From positions 7,259,735-7,323,734 of the forward strand of contig OZ244561.1 in the NCBI GenBank assembly GCA_965217585.1: DNA of 64,000 bases. Reading direction: 5' to 3'. This stretch comes from Candidatus Latescibacterota bacterium. Its GTDB lineage: Bacteria > Latescibacterota > UBA2968 > UBA8231. Below the pieces are notes generated by a model. The model was not told the origin of the DNA, ran no database searches, and worked only from the letters and a program-made list of their open reading frames with translations. Shown piece by piece: positions 42,001 through 52,148 of this stretch. How positions within the stretch are numbered: the stretch's first letter is position 1; every line of letters begins with the position of its first letter. Made by a program: the position numbers and the translations under genes.

Positions 42001-42877
42001 CGCACAAAACCGCCTCGCCAATCGAATTGCCCTTTTCACCCGGCCACGCCTCAACCACGCGGCCCTTCTTGACCTATCCCCTCTTCATCAGCGAGGTGCT
42101 CGCCGACCCGCCGGAGGGACTAGCTGGCGACGCCAACCTAGATGGTCAGTACGACCCACATGAAGACGAATTCATCGAACTCTACAACGCCGGCTCACGT
42201 CCCATCTCTTTAGCCGGCTGGCGCTTGGGCGACTCGGGATCCCTAAGCAATTACTTCCGCTTCCCGGACGATGCCGTCATTGAACCCGGCTCGTACGTCG
42301 TCCTCTTCGGCGGCGGCAACCCGTCGGAATTCACTACCCCCGTCTATACCGACGATGGGACAATCGGCGATGGACTAACCGACACCGGCGAATCTATCCA
42401 CCTGATCAACGACTATGGCAATGAGGCCGCGTTCCTCTACCAGTCCACTTGGCCCGACGACCAGTCTATTGTCCGCACGCCACCCGACGGAGACACCTTT
42501 GTCCCGCACAAAACCGCCTCGCCGATCGAGGCCCCCTTCTCTCCCGGCCACGCCCCAGAAACGCGGCCCTTCTTAAATTACCCTCTCTTCATCAGCGAGG
42601 TGCTCGCCGCCCCCCCCGAGGGACTAGCTGGCGATGCCAACCGAGATGGTCGGTACGACCCACATAAAGATGAATTCATCGAACTCTACAACGCCGGCTC
42701 ACGTCCCATTTCCTTAGCCGGTTGGCGGTTGGGCGACGCGGGATCCCTAAGCGATTACTTCCGCTTCCCACGCGACGCCGTCATTGAACCTGGCTCGTAC
42801 GTCGTCCTCTTCGGTGGTGGCCGCCCGTCGGGGTTTACCGTCCCCGTCTATACCGACGATGGGACGATCGGCGATGG

Positions 42878-43043
42878 ACTAACCGACACCGGCGAGTCTA
42901 TCCACCTGATCAACGACTATGGCAATGAGGCCGCGTTCCTCTACCAAGCCACTTGGCCCGACTAACCGACACCGGCGAGTCTATCCACCTGATCAACGAC
43001 TATGGCAATGAGGCCGCGTTCCTCTACCAAGCCACTTGGCCCG
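42878..43043 (+). repeat. 83-bp exact tandem duplication
   Basis: actaaccgacacc...acttggcccg at 42878-42960 and at 42961-43043. Confidence 0.92.
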
Positions 43044-43226
43044 ACGACCAGTCTATTGTCCGCACGCCACCCGACGGAGACACCTTTGTCCCGCACAAAA
43101 CCGCCTCGCCGATCGAGGCCCCCTTCTCTCCTGGACACGCCCCAGAAACGCAGACTGAACCCGAAACGCCCGAAACGCCACCTGAAACGCCTGAAACGCC
43201 CGAAACACCGTCCAAACCCAAACCCA

Positions 43227-44870
43227 CCTACGCCCTCTTCATCAGCGAGGTGCTCGCGGATCCGCCTTCGGGTGCAGCCGGCGACGCCAACCAAGATGGC
43301 CAACGCAACGGATATGAAGACGAGTTCATCGAACTCTACAATGCCGACACCAATCCCATTTCCCTAGCCGGCTGGCGATTGGGCGACAGCACGTCACCGG
43401 ACACCCACTTCCGCTTCCCCCCCGACGCTGTCATTGAACCCGGCTCGTACGTCGTTCTCTTCGGCGGCGGTACTCCGGCGGGATTCACCGTCCCCATCTA
43501 TACCGACGACGGACGCATCGGCAACGGACTGACCAACAAAGGCGAGGACATCCAACTGATCGATGACGCCGGCAATACAGTCGCGGTCGTCTCGCACGAC
43601 GAGTGGCCCAAAGACCAGTCTATCGTCCGCACCCCACCCGACGGCGGAGCCTTTGTCCCGCACAAAACTGTCTCGCCGACTGAGGCCCTCTTCTCTCCCG
43701 GACGAGCCACAGATGACGAACCGGAAACGCCTGAAGCAGACGAACCGGAAATGCCTGAAGCACCTGAAACACCCGAACCGGAAACGCCATCCAAACCTAT
43801 ACCTACCTACGCCCTCTTCATCAGCGAGGTGCTCGCGGATCCGCCTTCGGGTGCAGCCGGCGACGCCAACCAAGATGGCCAACGCAACGGATATGAAGAC
43901 GAGTTCATCGAACTCTACAATGCCGACACCAATCCCATTTCCCTAGCCGGTTGGCGATTGGGCGACAGCACGTCACCGGACACCCACTTCCGCTTCCCTC
44001 CCGACGCTGTCATTGAACCCGGCTCGTACGTCGTTCTCTTCGGCGGTGGCACTCCGGCGGGATTCACCGTCCCCATCTATACCGACGACGGACGCATCGG
44101 CAACGGACTGACCAACAAAGGCGAGGACATCCAACTGATCGATGACGCCGGCAATACAGTCGCGGTCGTCTCGCACGACGAGTGGCCCAAAGACCAGTCT
44201 ATCGTCCGCACCCCACCCGACGGCGGAGCCTTTGTCCCGCACAAAACTGTCTCGCCGACTGAGGCCCTCTTCTCTCCCGGACGAGCCACAGATGACGAAC
44301 CGGAAATGCCTGAAGCAGACGAACCGGAAATGCCTGAAGCACCTGAAACACCCGAACCGGAAACGCCATCCAAACCTATACCTACCTACGCCCTCTTCAT
44401 CAGCGAGGTGCTCGCGGATCCGCCTTCGGGTGCAGCCGGCGACGCCAACCAAGACGGCCAACGCAACGGATATGAAGACGAGTTCATCGAACTCTACAAT
44501 GCCGACACCAATCCCATTTCCCTAGCCGGTTGGCGATTGGGCGACAGCACGTCACCGGACACTCACTTCCGCTTCCCTCCCGACGCTGTCATTGAACCCG
44601 GCTCGTACGTCGTTCTCTTCGGCGGTGGCACTCCGGCGGGATTCACCGTCCCCATCTATACCGACGACGGGCGCATCGGCAACGGACTGACCAACAAAGG
44701 CGAGGACATTCGCCTGCTCGACGACACCGGCGCGGAGGTCGCGATCGTCTCGCACGACGAGTGGCCCAAAGACCAGTCTATCGTCCGCACCCCACCCAAC
44801 GACAGCGCGTTTGTCCCGCACAAAACCGCCTCGCCGACTGAGGCCCTCTTCTCTCCCGGACGAGCCATAG
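43227..44870 (+). repeat. Three near-identical tandem units with a 579-bp period
   Basis: tccgccttcgggtgcagccg recurs at 43261, 43840 and 44419. Confidence 0.9.
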
Positions 44871-46542
44871 CTGCCGAGCTAGAAACACCGGAAACGCCCA
44901 AACCCGAAACACCCAAACCCGAAACACCCGAAACACCCGAACCTGAAACGCCGTCCAAACCCAAACCCACCCACGCCCTCTTCATCAGCGAAGTGCTCGC
45001 CGATCCACCTGCGGGTGCAGCCGGCGACGCCAATCGAGACGGTCAACGCGACGGGTATGAAGACGAGTTCATCGAACTCTACAACGCCGGCTCAGCATCC
45101 GTCGATATAAGCGGCTGGCGCTTGGGCGACAACACGTCGCCGGACAGCTTCTTCCAGTTCCCAGCCAACGCCGTCATTGAACCTGGCTCGTATGTCGTCC
45201 TCTTCGGCGGCGGCAACCCGTCGGGATTCACCATCCCCGTCTATACCGACGACGGACGCATTGGCAATGGACTGACCAATAAAGGCGAGGACATTCGCCT
45301 GCTCGATGACGCCGGCAATACAGTCGCGGTCGTGTCGCACGACGATTGGCCCAAAGACCAGTCTATCGTCCGCACCCCACCCGACGACAGCGCGTTTGTC
45401 CCGCACAAAACGGCCTCGCCGACTGAGGCCCCCTTTTCGCCCGGACGCGCCATAGAAACGCCATCCGAAACGTCCGAAACACCTGAAATGGTATTTGCAG
45501 AAATGCCCCAAATGCCACCCGACCCTACACCTAGCCCTCCCGTGCTCCAATCCCTGCGTCCGGCCCAGTTTGAGTTCAAACTAGTCCGTGGCGAGCACCG
45601 CTCGCTCCGCCTCATCGGCCAGTACTCGGACGGCAGCGAACATCCCATAGACACCCGCGCCACTTGGACCTCATCCGACTCCACGGTCGCCGCGGTGCGC
45701 CCCGACGGTACCCTAGCCGCCATCGACATCGGCACCTGTCAGATCTTCGTCCAACTCGACAGCTTCGCCGTCCACCCCAACGTGCTCGGTGTGGAGGTTC
45801 GCCTCCCGCTCGCTGCTGCCGTGCGCTTCGCGCCCTCGTGGAACGAGGCCGCCCTACCTTTAGCCAAACCCCAAGCCTTTATCATCCGCACCGCGCAACC
45901 CCACCGCCATTCTTACTACTGGTCGCTAAACAACCGCCGCTTGCCCGTAATGTCCCCCCAGTACATCCACACCCCCACCGGGCGGCAAACCGATACTGTC
46001 CACGTGGCTATCCGTCGTGGCACAGAACGCATCACGCGCGCGTGGATCATCCATCCGCCGGCCGCCAAACTCCCGGCCTACTCCTGCCAAGTTTGGCCCA
46101 ACCCCTTCAACACAACTACCCACCTCCGCTTCCACCTCCCCCAGGCCGCCTCCGTCCGCGTGGCCATCTACAACGTCCAAGGCCAACGCGTGCGCACGCT
46201 CGTGGACGCGCCGCTCCACGTCGGCGTACACCAGATGCGATGGGATGGCCGCGACGAACGCGGCCATTCGGCGGCCACCGGTCTGTACTTCGCTCGTTTC
46301 CGCATCGGGCATGGCCCCCCGCGCTACGCCAAGCTCCTCCTCCTCCGCTGAGGCCCTATCTCCACGCAGATTGTGCATCGGCCACATCGGTTGCATATTG
46401 GCAGGATGAACTCATCGGTGAGTTCGCCGGGTCTGTGGCTGTTGTATTCAGCAGATGATCCGACAGGCGGGAACTGTAGGACACATCGACAGCCAAGATA
46501 ATAGTAGTGATTCGTTTAAAAGGGAGGGATGATGATTAGATT

Positions 46543-48408
46543 ATGTTCTGCCTCCGATACAACCTCGTCCTGCTGACGCTGCTTTCGCTCCCATCCCTTG
46601 CCGCAGCCAACGTCTTCATCAGCGAAGTGCTCGCCGACCCGCCCGAGGGACTGGCTGGCGATGCCAACCGCGACGGGCAATACGACCCACATGAAGACGA
46701 GTTCATCGAACTCTACAACGCTGGCTCGCGTCGCATCTCTTTAGCCGGCTGGCGCTTGGGCGACTCGGGATCCCTAAGCAATTACTTCCGCTTCCCGGAC
46801 GATGCCGTCATTGAACCCGGCTCGTACGTCGTCCTCTTCGGCGGCGGCAACCCTTTAGTATTCACCGTACCCGTCTACACCGACGACGGAACAATCGGCG
46901 ACGGACTAACCGACACCGGCGAGTCCATCCACCTGCTCAACAAGCGTGGCAATGAGGTCGGGTTCCTCTTCCAATCCACTTGGCCCGACGACCAATCCCT
47001 CGTCCGCACCTCAGGCGCATATGTCCCACACAAAACCGTCTCGCCGATCGAGGAACTCTTCTCACCCGGACACGCCCCAAAAACGCGGCCCGTCTTAAAT
47101 TACCCGCTCTTCATCAGTGAAGTACTCGCCGACCCGCCCGAGGGATCGGCCGGCGATGCCAACCGCGACGGTCAGTACGACCCGTATAAAGATGAATTCA
47201 TCGAACTCTACAACGCCGGTCCTATTCCCATCTCGTTAGCCGGCTGGCGCTTGGGCGACGCGGGCTCCCTCAGCGATTACTTCCGCTTCCCACGCGACGC
47301 CATCATTGAACCCGGCTCGTACGTCGTCCTCTTCGGCGGCGGCAAGCCGTCGGGGTTTACCGTCCCCGTCTATAGAGACGACGGAACAATCGGCGATGGA
47401 CTAACCGACAGCGGCGAGTCTATCCACCTGATCGACAACCACGGCAGTGAGGCCGCGTTCCTCTACCAATCTACTTGGCCCGACGACCAATCCCTCGTCC
47501 GCACGCCACCCGACAGCAGCGCGCTTGTCCCACACAAAACCGCCTCGCCGACTGAGGCCCCCTTCTCGCCCGGACAGGCCCCAGAACCGCAGCCGGTCTT
47601 GACCTATCCCCTCTTCATCAGCGAAGTGCTCGCCGACCCGCCTGCGGGTGCAGTCGGCGACGCCAACCAAGACGGCCAGCGCGATACCTATGAAGACGAA
47701 TTCATCGAACTCTACAACGCCGGCCCAGATACCATCTCTTTAGCCGGCTGGCGGTTGGGGGACTCTAGACCCCTAATCTATTACTTCCGTTTCCCACGCG
47801 ACGCCGTCATTGAACCCGAATCCTACGTCGTCCTCTTCGGCGGCGGCAATCCGTCGGGATTTTCCGTCCCCGTCTATACCGACGATGGGCGCATCGGCAA
47901 TGGCCTGACCAACAGCGGCGAAGCCATCTACCTAATCGACAGCATCGGCGGTATAGTCGCCAGCGTCTCCCAGTCCACTTGGCCCGACGACCAATCTATC
48001 GTCCGCACTGCACTGGAAGACAGCATGTTTGTCCCGCACATAACTGCCTCGCCGACGGAGGCCCCCTTCTCACCCGGACGCGCCATAGAAACCCCACCCG
48101 AACCAGCGTCCAAAACACCTGCAATGGTATCTACAACCTCGCTCCAAGTTTGGCCCAACCCCTTCAACACAACTACCCACCTCCGCTTCCACCTCCCCCA
48201 GGCCGCCTCCGTCCACTTGGCCATCTACAACGTCCAAGGCCAACGCGTGCGCACGCTCGTGGACGCGCCGCTCCACGCCGGCATACACCAGATGCGATGG
48301 GATGGCCGCGACGAACGCGGCCATTCGGCGGCCACCGGTCCGTACTTTGCCCGCTTCCTCATCGGGCATGGCCCCCCGCGCTACGCCAAGCTCCTCCTCC
48401 TCCGCTAA
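46543..48408 (+). CDS. Secreted protein with 3 lamin-tail domains and an FlgD-Ig tail
   Basis: Signal peptide ..AAA, three ISEVLADPP repeats, tail nearly identical to that of the upstream gene. Confidence 0.88.
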   Translation: MFCLRYNLVLLTLLSLPSLAAANVFISEVLADPPEGLAGDANRDGQYDPHEDEFIELYNAGSRRISLAGWRLGDSGSLSNYFRFPDDAVIEPGSYVVLFGGGNPLVFTVPVYTDDGTIGDGLTDTGESIHLLNKRGNEVGFLFQSTWPDDQSLVRTSGAYVPHKTVSPIEELFSPGHAPKTRPVLNYPLFISEVLADPPEGSAGDANRDGQYDPYKDEFIELYNAGPIPISLAGWRLGDAGSLSDYFRFPRDAIIEPGSYVVLFGGGKPSGFTVPVYRDDGTIGDGLTDSGESIHLIDNHGSEAAFLYQSTWPDDQSLVRTPPDSSALVPHKTASPTEAPFSPGQAPEPQPVLTYPLFISEVLADPPAGAVGDANQDGQRDTYEDEFIELYNAGPDTISLAGWRLGDSRPLIYYFRFPRDAVIEPESYVVLFGGGNPSGFSVPVYTDDGRIGNGLTNSGEAIYLIDSIGGIVASVSQSTWPDDQSIVRTALEDSMFVPHITASPTEAPFSPGRAIETPPEPASKTPAMVSTTSLQVWPNPFNTTTHLRFHLPQAASVHLAIYNVQGQRVRTLVDAPLHAGIHQMRWDGRDERGHSAATGPYFARFLIGHGPPRYAKLLLLR

Positions 48409-48411
48409 AAC

Positions 48412-48447
48412 AAAAAAGCCCCATCTCCACGACGGGAGACGGGGCTT
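48412..48447 (-). terminator. Rho-independent terminator downstream of sodN (between convergent genes)
   Basis: aaaaaagcccc.atctcc-loop-ggagac.ggggctt; U-tract on the minus strand. Confidence 0.7.
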
Positions 48448-48471
48448 CCACCAGCGCGGCTTGGAAATGCG

Positions 48472-48930
48472 TCAGTTTTGATAGGCGTGCTTAAACTCGT
48501 GCAATAAGGTCCGCATCTTCTCCACCTGCGCCACATCCACCGTCTGCTTGCACTTCATGGCCCCCCGGAGCATCTTGTGCAAAAGCATCAGCTTCCCGGT
48601 ATATGCGGCCATCGCCTCGTCTCCTTCTTCCACCTCCTTGAGCCGCTGCGTCATAAAATACTGGGCGACGACGTGCTGGATTTTGTTGGCGTGCTCTTCC
48701 TTGTTCGCCACCCACCTCGCTAGCTGGTTCGCGCTTTGGGCGTCGCTCTGGCCCGCCAACTCCGCGATCTGCGTCATGGACTTCTCAATGGTCGTGAGAT
48801 CTTCCTCAATCGCGGCAAAACGCGCCTCGTCCCCATAAACGCCGCAGGGAATCTCGCAATGTGCCCACAGCGGCGCGGCCGCGGCGAAAAGACAACAGGC
48901 GATCAGAAGCATCAATTTTTCATTCTTCAC
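48472..48930 (-). CDS. sodN: Nickel superoxide dismutase precursor
   Basis: Ni-hook HCEIPCGVY after a hydrophobic leader, RWVANKEEHA, MKCKQ. Confidence 0.93.
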   Translation of the reverse strand: MKNEKLMLLIACCLFAAAAPLWAHCEIPCGVYGDEARFAAIEEDLTTIEKSMTQIAELAGQSDAQSANQLARWVANKEEHANKIQHVVAQYFMTQRLKEVEEGDEAMAAYTGKLMLLHKMLRGAMKCKQTVDVAQVEKMRTLLHEFKHAYQN

Positions 48931-49015
48931 AAGGGCCTCCTTGGCAACATGGTTCGTGGATATGGGCAAGGCATTATAGGGCGATTTCGCCGGCGGGGCA
49001 ATTTTTCGACCGGCC

Positions 49016-50110
49016 CTAATCGCGCCAAGTGCGCGAGTCCGCGCGGATGTGCCAGCGGTTGATCGCGCCGTCCGCATCCAAATCGACGGCTTCCTCTAGC
49101 TGCGCCTCAAACTGGTGGTCGGTCACTTGGATGACCGGCGGCCAGCGGAAGTGCTTCAGGGCCAGTGCATCCATGCCGAGCGAGTCCAAGCTAGACGCAT
49201 AGCGGCCGCGCTCGCGGCGAAAGCTCTGCTGGCGATAGTAAATCCCGCGCAAAACGTGCTTGGCCTCCTCGGCGGCTGCCGGGCTAAAGAGCACCTTTCG
49301 CCGCCCGACGACCTCGGTGGCAAATTGCACAAACCCCCACTTTTCCGGGTAGTGCATATTAACCAACCCCTGCGGCGACCAGACCCAGTTGTCCGGGCTG
49401 CGGCCCTCTTTTTTGACGTACTTGCCCACATCGTTGGCCAAGGCCCATTGCACTCGCGAAAAGTTGATCCGCCATTGATCGCCATCCACGGGCGGCACCT
49501 TCTTGCGCGTGGCCTCGGCCAGCACGGCCCACGGAAAGGCCATCTCGACAGACCAACCCTGATCCTCGTCGCTGGGGTCGTTGATGCTGCCCCACACGCG
49601 CACGGCCGTTTGCAGGCCGGCAATGTCCCAAGCGCTGACAAAGGGGCCACCGTCTCGGTAGGGCTTGATCATCAACAAATCCCACTCCGTACCGAGGGCA
49701 TTGATCTCAAACTCGTAGTACTGATGGGTATCGCCGTCCGGGTCGATAAAGACCTCGAAGTCGTTTTCTTGGTAGATCGTCGCGTCGCGCAGGGCGATTG
49801 TGGCCCACACATGCGGCTCCTCCAAGTCGGCGGCTATATACAGATACTCGTCGTCCCACAGCATCTTCGCCCGCGTCTGCAAGCGCGGCACGGGCCTGCG
49901 CTCGCCCTCGATATCGACGAAGGGTGCGGTCCAATCCGCCCGCTGCCAAGAGGGCTCGTCGAGGTTGCCGTCGATGTCGATGGCCCCGGCCGTGCGATGC
50001 GCCACATAGGTCCGCGGCTCGATGCTCTCTACGTAGTCGATGTCAAAGCGCGGCTGCCCCTCGGCGATAGAGGCCAGCAAGGCCGCGCCCAACACAGCCC
50101 AGTGCAACAT
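49016..50110 (-). CDS. CBM9-like (DOMON-like) secreted sugar-binding protein
   Basis: IDGNLDEPSW, KMLWDDEYLY, DFEVFIDP, WRINFSRV. Confidence 0.85.
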   Translation of the reverse strand: MLHWAVLGAALLASIAEGQPRFDIDYVESIEPRTYVAHRTAGAIDIDGNLDEPSWQRADWTAPFVDIEGERRPVPRLQTRAKMLWDDEYLYIAADLEEPHVWATIALRDATIYQENDFEVFIDPDGDTHQYYEFEINALGTEWDLLMIKPYRDGGPFVSAWDIAGLQTAVRVWGSINDPSDEDQGWSVEMAFPWAVLAEATRKKVPPVDGDQWRINFSRVQWALANDVGKYVKKEGRSPDNWVWSPQGLVNMHYPEKWGFVQFATEVVGRRKVLFSPAAAEEAKHVLRGIYYRQQSFRRERGRYASSLDSLGMDALALKHFRWPPVIQVTDHQFEAQLEEAVDLDADGAINRWHIRADSRTWRD

Positions 50111-50212
50111 GGTTCCTCCTTTGTTCGCTCGTGTCCCAAGTCTAACGCCGTTGCATCAATATATCACTTTGCGCTACTTTCTGACTACGCATCACTAACA
50201 AGGACTTACGCC

Positions 50213-50536
50213 ATGACCGACAAAATGACCCTCTACAAGAGCGGCATGAACAAATTCGCCCACCAAGACTTTGCCAGTGCCTTGGACGACCTAGCCCAAG
50301 CCATCGCCCTCGACCCGCAATTTGCCGATGCCTACCAAGCGATGGCGCACTGCCACGAGAAGTTGGGCGACCTCGACCAAGCGCTCACTGCGGCGCAAAA
50401 GGCCGCCGAGCACGACCCCGACGACTTCCTCGTCCACACCAGCCTCTCCATGTTCTACCAGCGCAAAGGCATGATCGCCGAGGCCGAAAGAGAAAAGGCC
50501 ATCGCCGCCAAGCTGCAAGCGGAAAACCCACTGTAA
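50213..50536 (+). CDS. Small TPR protein
   Basis: AIALDPQFADAY TPR motifs; 3' end of the listed ORF 49115-50536. Confidence 0.82.
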   Translation: MTDKMTLYKSGMNKFAHQDFASALDDLAQAIALDPQFADAYQAMAHCHEKLGDLDQALTAAQKAAEHDPDDFLVHTSLSMFYQRKGMIAEAEREKAIAAKLQAENPL

Positions 50537-50540
50537 GCTC

Positions 50541-51578
50541 GTGCAACTCGGTCCTCACCAACTCAACCCCTTCAAGGAGAATATGCCCATCCTCACCCTA
50601 GCCCCAATGGCCGGGGTGAGCAACTGGGTCTTTCGCCTTATCTGCGCGCGCCTCGGGGCGCGGCTGGTCGGGGTCGAATTTATCAACTGCCGCGCCATCG
50701 GCATCCGCTCGCGCAAGAGCTTGCAGATGCTCGATTTTTCCGACGCACCCATCTATGCCGACACCGGCATCTCGCTGTTGGCCGCGCAAATCTACGGCAA
50801 CGACATCGACCTGATCGCCAATGGGGCGCGGGAATTCGAGCGGCGCGGGGCGCAGGTGGTGGATATCAACTTCGGCTGTTCCGTGCCAAAGATCGTCGCC
50901 AAAGGCTGCGGCGCGGCCTATTTGCGCGATCTGGATCGGCTCTATCAAGCCGTCGAGCGCACCGTCAAGGCCGTCTCGGTTCCGGTCATCGTCAAGACGC
51001 GCCTGGGCTGGGACGAGGATCAGATCAATATCCTCGAAGTGGTGCGCCGGTGCGAGGATGCCGGTGCTCAAGCGGTGGCCATCCACGCCCGCACCGTCGT
51101 GCAAAAATACAAGGGCCGCGCCAACTGGCACTGGATCGGCCGCGCCGTCGAAGCCTCCTCGCTGCCCATCCTTGGCAACGGCGACGTACTCACTCTCGAC
51201 GACGCCCGCCTCATGCAGCGGGAAACAGGCTGTGCCGCAGTCATGGTCGGGCGGGCGGCACTGGCCAATCCCTGGCTCTTTTCCGGCCGCGGCGGCGCAA
51301 CCCTCGCCGAGCGCATCAACTTGGCGCTGGAGCAGCTACGCCTGATGGCCGCGTACAAAGGCGAGCGCGCCGGCATCCGCGAGACGCGCAAGCACCTCGC
51401 GCTCTACTTCAAGAATCTGCCCCGCGCCTCCGAACTGCGCCGCCGCCTGCTGACAACCGCTTCCTTGGCCGAGTTGGCCGATCTACTAGCCGAGTGGAAA
51501 GAACCAGCCGCCGCAGAAGCCGATCTCACTCTGTCGGCAACCGAAGCCGAATCCCTCGCGTGGGGCGGCAACGGGTAA
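50541..51578 (+). CDS. dusB: tRNA-dihydrouridine synthase
   Basis: LAPMAG, DINFGC, VKTRLGW, IHART, GNGD. Confidence 0.88.
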   Translation: MQLGPHQLNPFKENMPILTLAPMAGVSNWVFRLICARLGARLVGVEFINCRAIGIRSRKSLQMLDFSDAPIYADTGISLLAAQIYGNDIDLIANGAREFERRGAQVVDINFGCSVPKIVAKGCGAAYLRDLDRLYQAVERTVKAVSVPVIVKTRLGWDEDQINILEVVRRCEDAGAQAVAIHARTVVQKYKGRANWHWIGRAVEASSLPILGNGDVLTLDDARLMQRETGCAAVMVGRAALANPWLFSGRGGATLAERINLALEQLRLMAAYKGERAGIRETRKHLALYFKNLPRASELRRRLLTTASLAELADLLAEWKEPAAAEADLTLSATEAESLAWGGNG

Positions 51579-51594
51579 TAGGTCGATTTATTCC

Positions 51595-51933
51595 CTATCC
51601 TGAAAGGTCTTCGTCGTTGCCCGCGTCCGAGAAGTTAGTTATTGCGATTTCGCCTTCCGGGAACTCGGCGACGATCTTCAGCCGTCCGCCGAGAGCTTCG
51701 ATGTAGGAACGAAGAGTCGAAACGTACATATCCGTCCGCCGTTCCATCTTGGCGATGGCAGGTTGGTTCACCGCCAAGGTCTCGCCCAGCGCCTTCTGGG
51801 TCATAACCTGTGCCTGCCGTAGCTCGTGCAGCGGCATGGCGGTCCGCAACTCGGCCTTTTTCGCCTCAATGCGCTGACGGCGCTCCGGCGTGAAGTCCTT
51901 GGTCAACTCACTAAAGGGACGGTGCCCGCTCAT
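51595..51933 (-). CDS. XRE/HigA-like HTH antitoxin (orphan)
   Basis: LHELRQA..TQ..L...L.VNQPAIAKMERRTDMYVSTLRSYIEALGG. Confidence 0.87.
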   Translation of the reverse strand: MSGHRPFSELTKDFTPERRQRIEAKKAELRTAMPLHELRQAQVMTQKALGETLAVNQPAIAKMERRTDMYVSTLRSYIEALGGRLKIVAEFPEGEIAITNFSDAGNDEDLSG

Positions 51934-52148
51934 GGGATCAATCCTTCCTTTTGCAAGGTTTCAAACAGTCAATATATTCCATCAAAGGAATACCGGCAAC
52001 AAGACGCATCCCAAAGACATTATGTGCTCTAACGCCATCCCGGCTTGACCTACGTGATGTGGGAACTACCTTCGAAGCCTCTAACACTTTGCCTTTACTC
52101 AGTCCGTTCGGCGGCCGCAACATAACAACGCAAACCGCGAGTACTTCA

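Larger units (their letters stand above)
39243..46351 (+). pseudogene. Giant secreted protein with 11 lamin-tail domains, Pro/Glu/Thr linkers, an Ig-like domain and an FlgD-Ig tail; interrupted by an 83-bp tandem duplication
   Basis: ORFs 39243-42965 (7 repeats) and 42953-46351 (4 repeats plus tail); repeat ISEVLADPP..GDANxDG..EF.ELYN....GWRLGD...FSPG. Confidence 0.85.

Noticed and set aside
39243-48408. DGR template/variable repeat pair among the near-identical tails and repeats
   Set aside because: No reverse transcriptase is present in the window, and the differences are not evidently adenine-specific.
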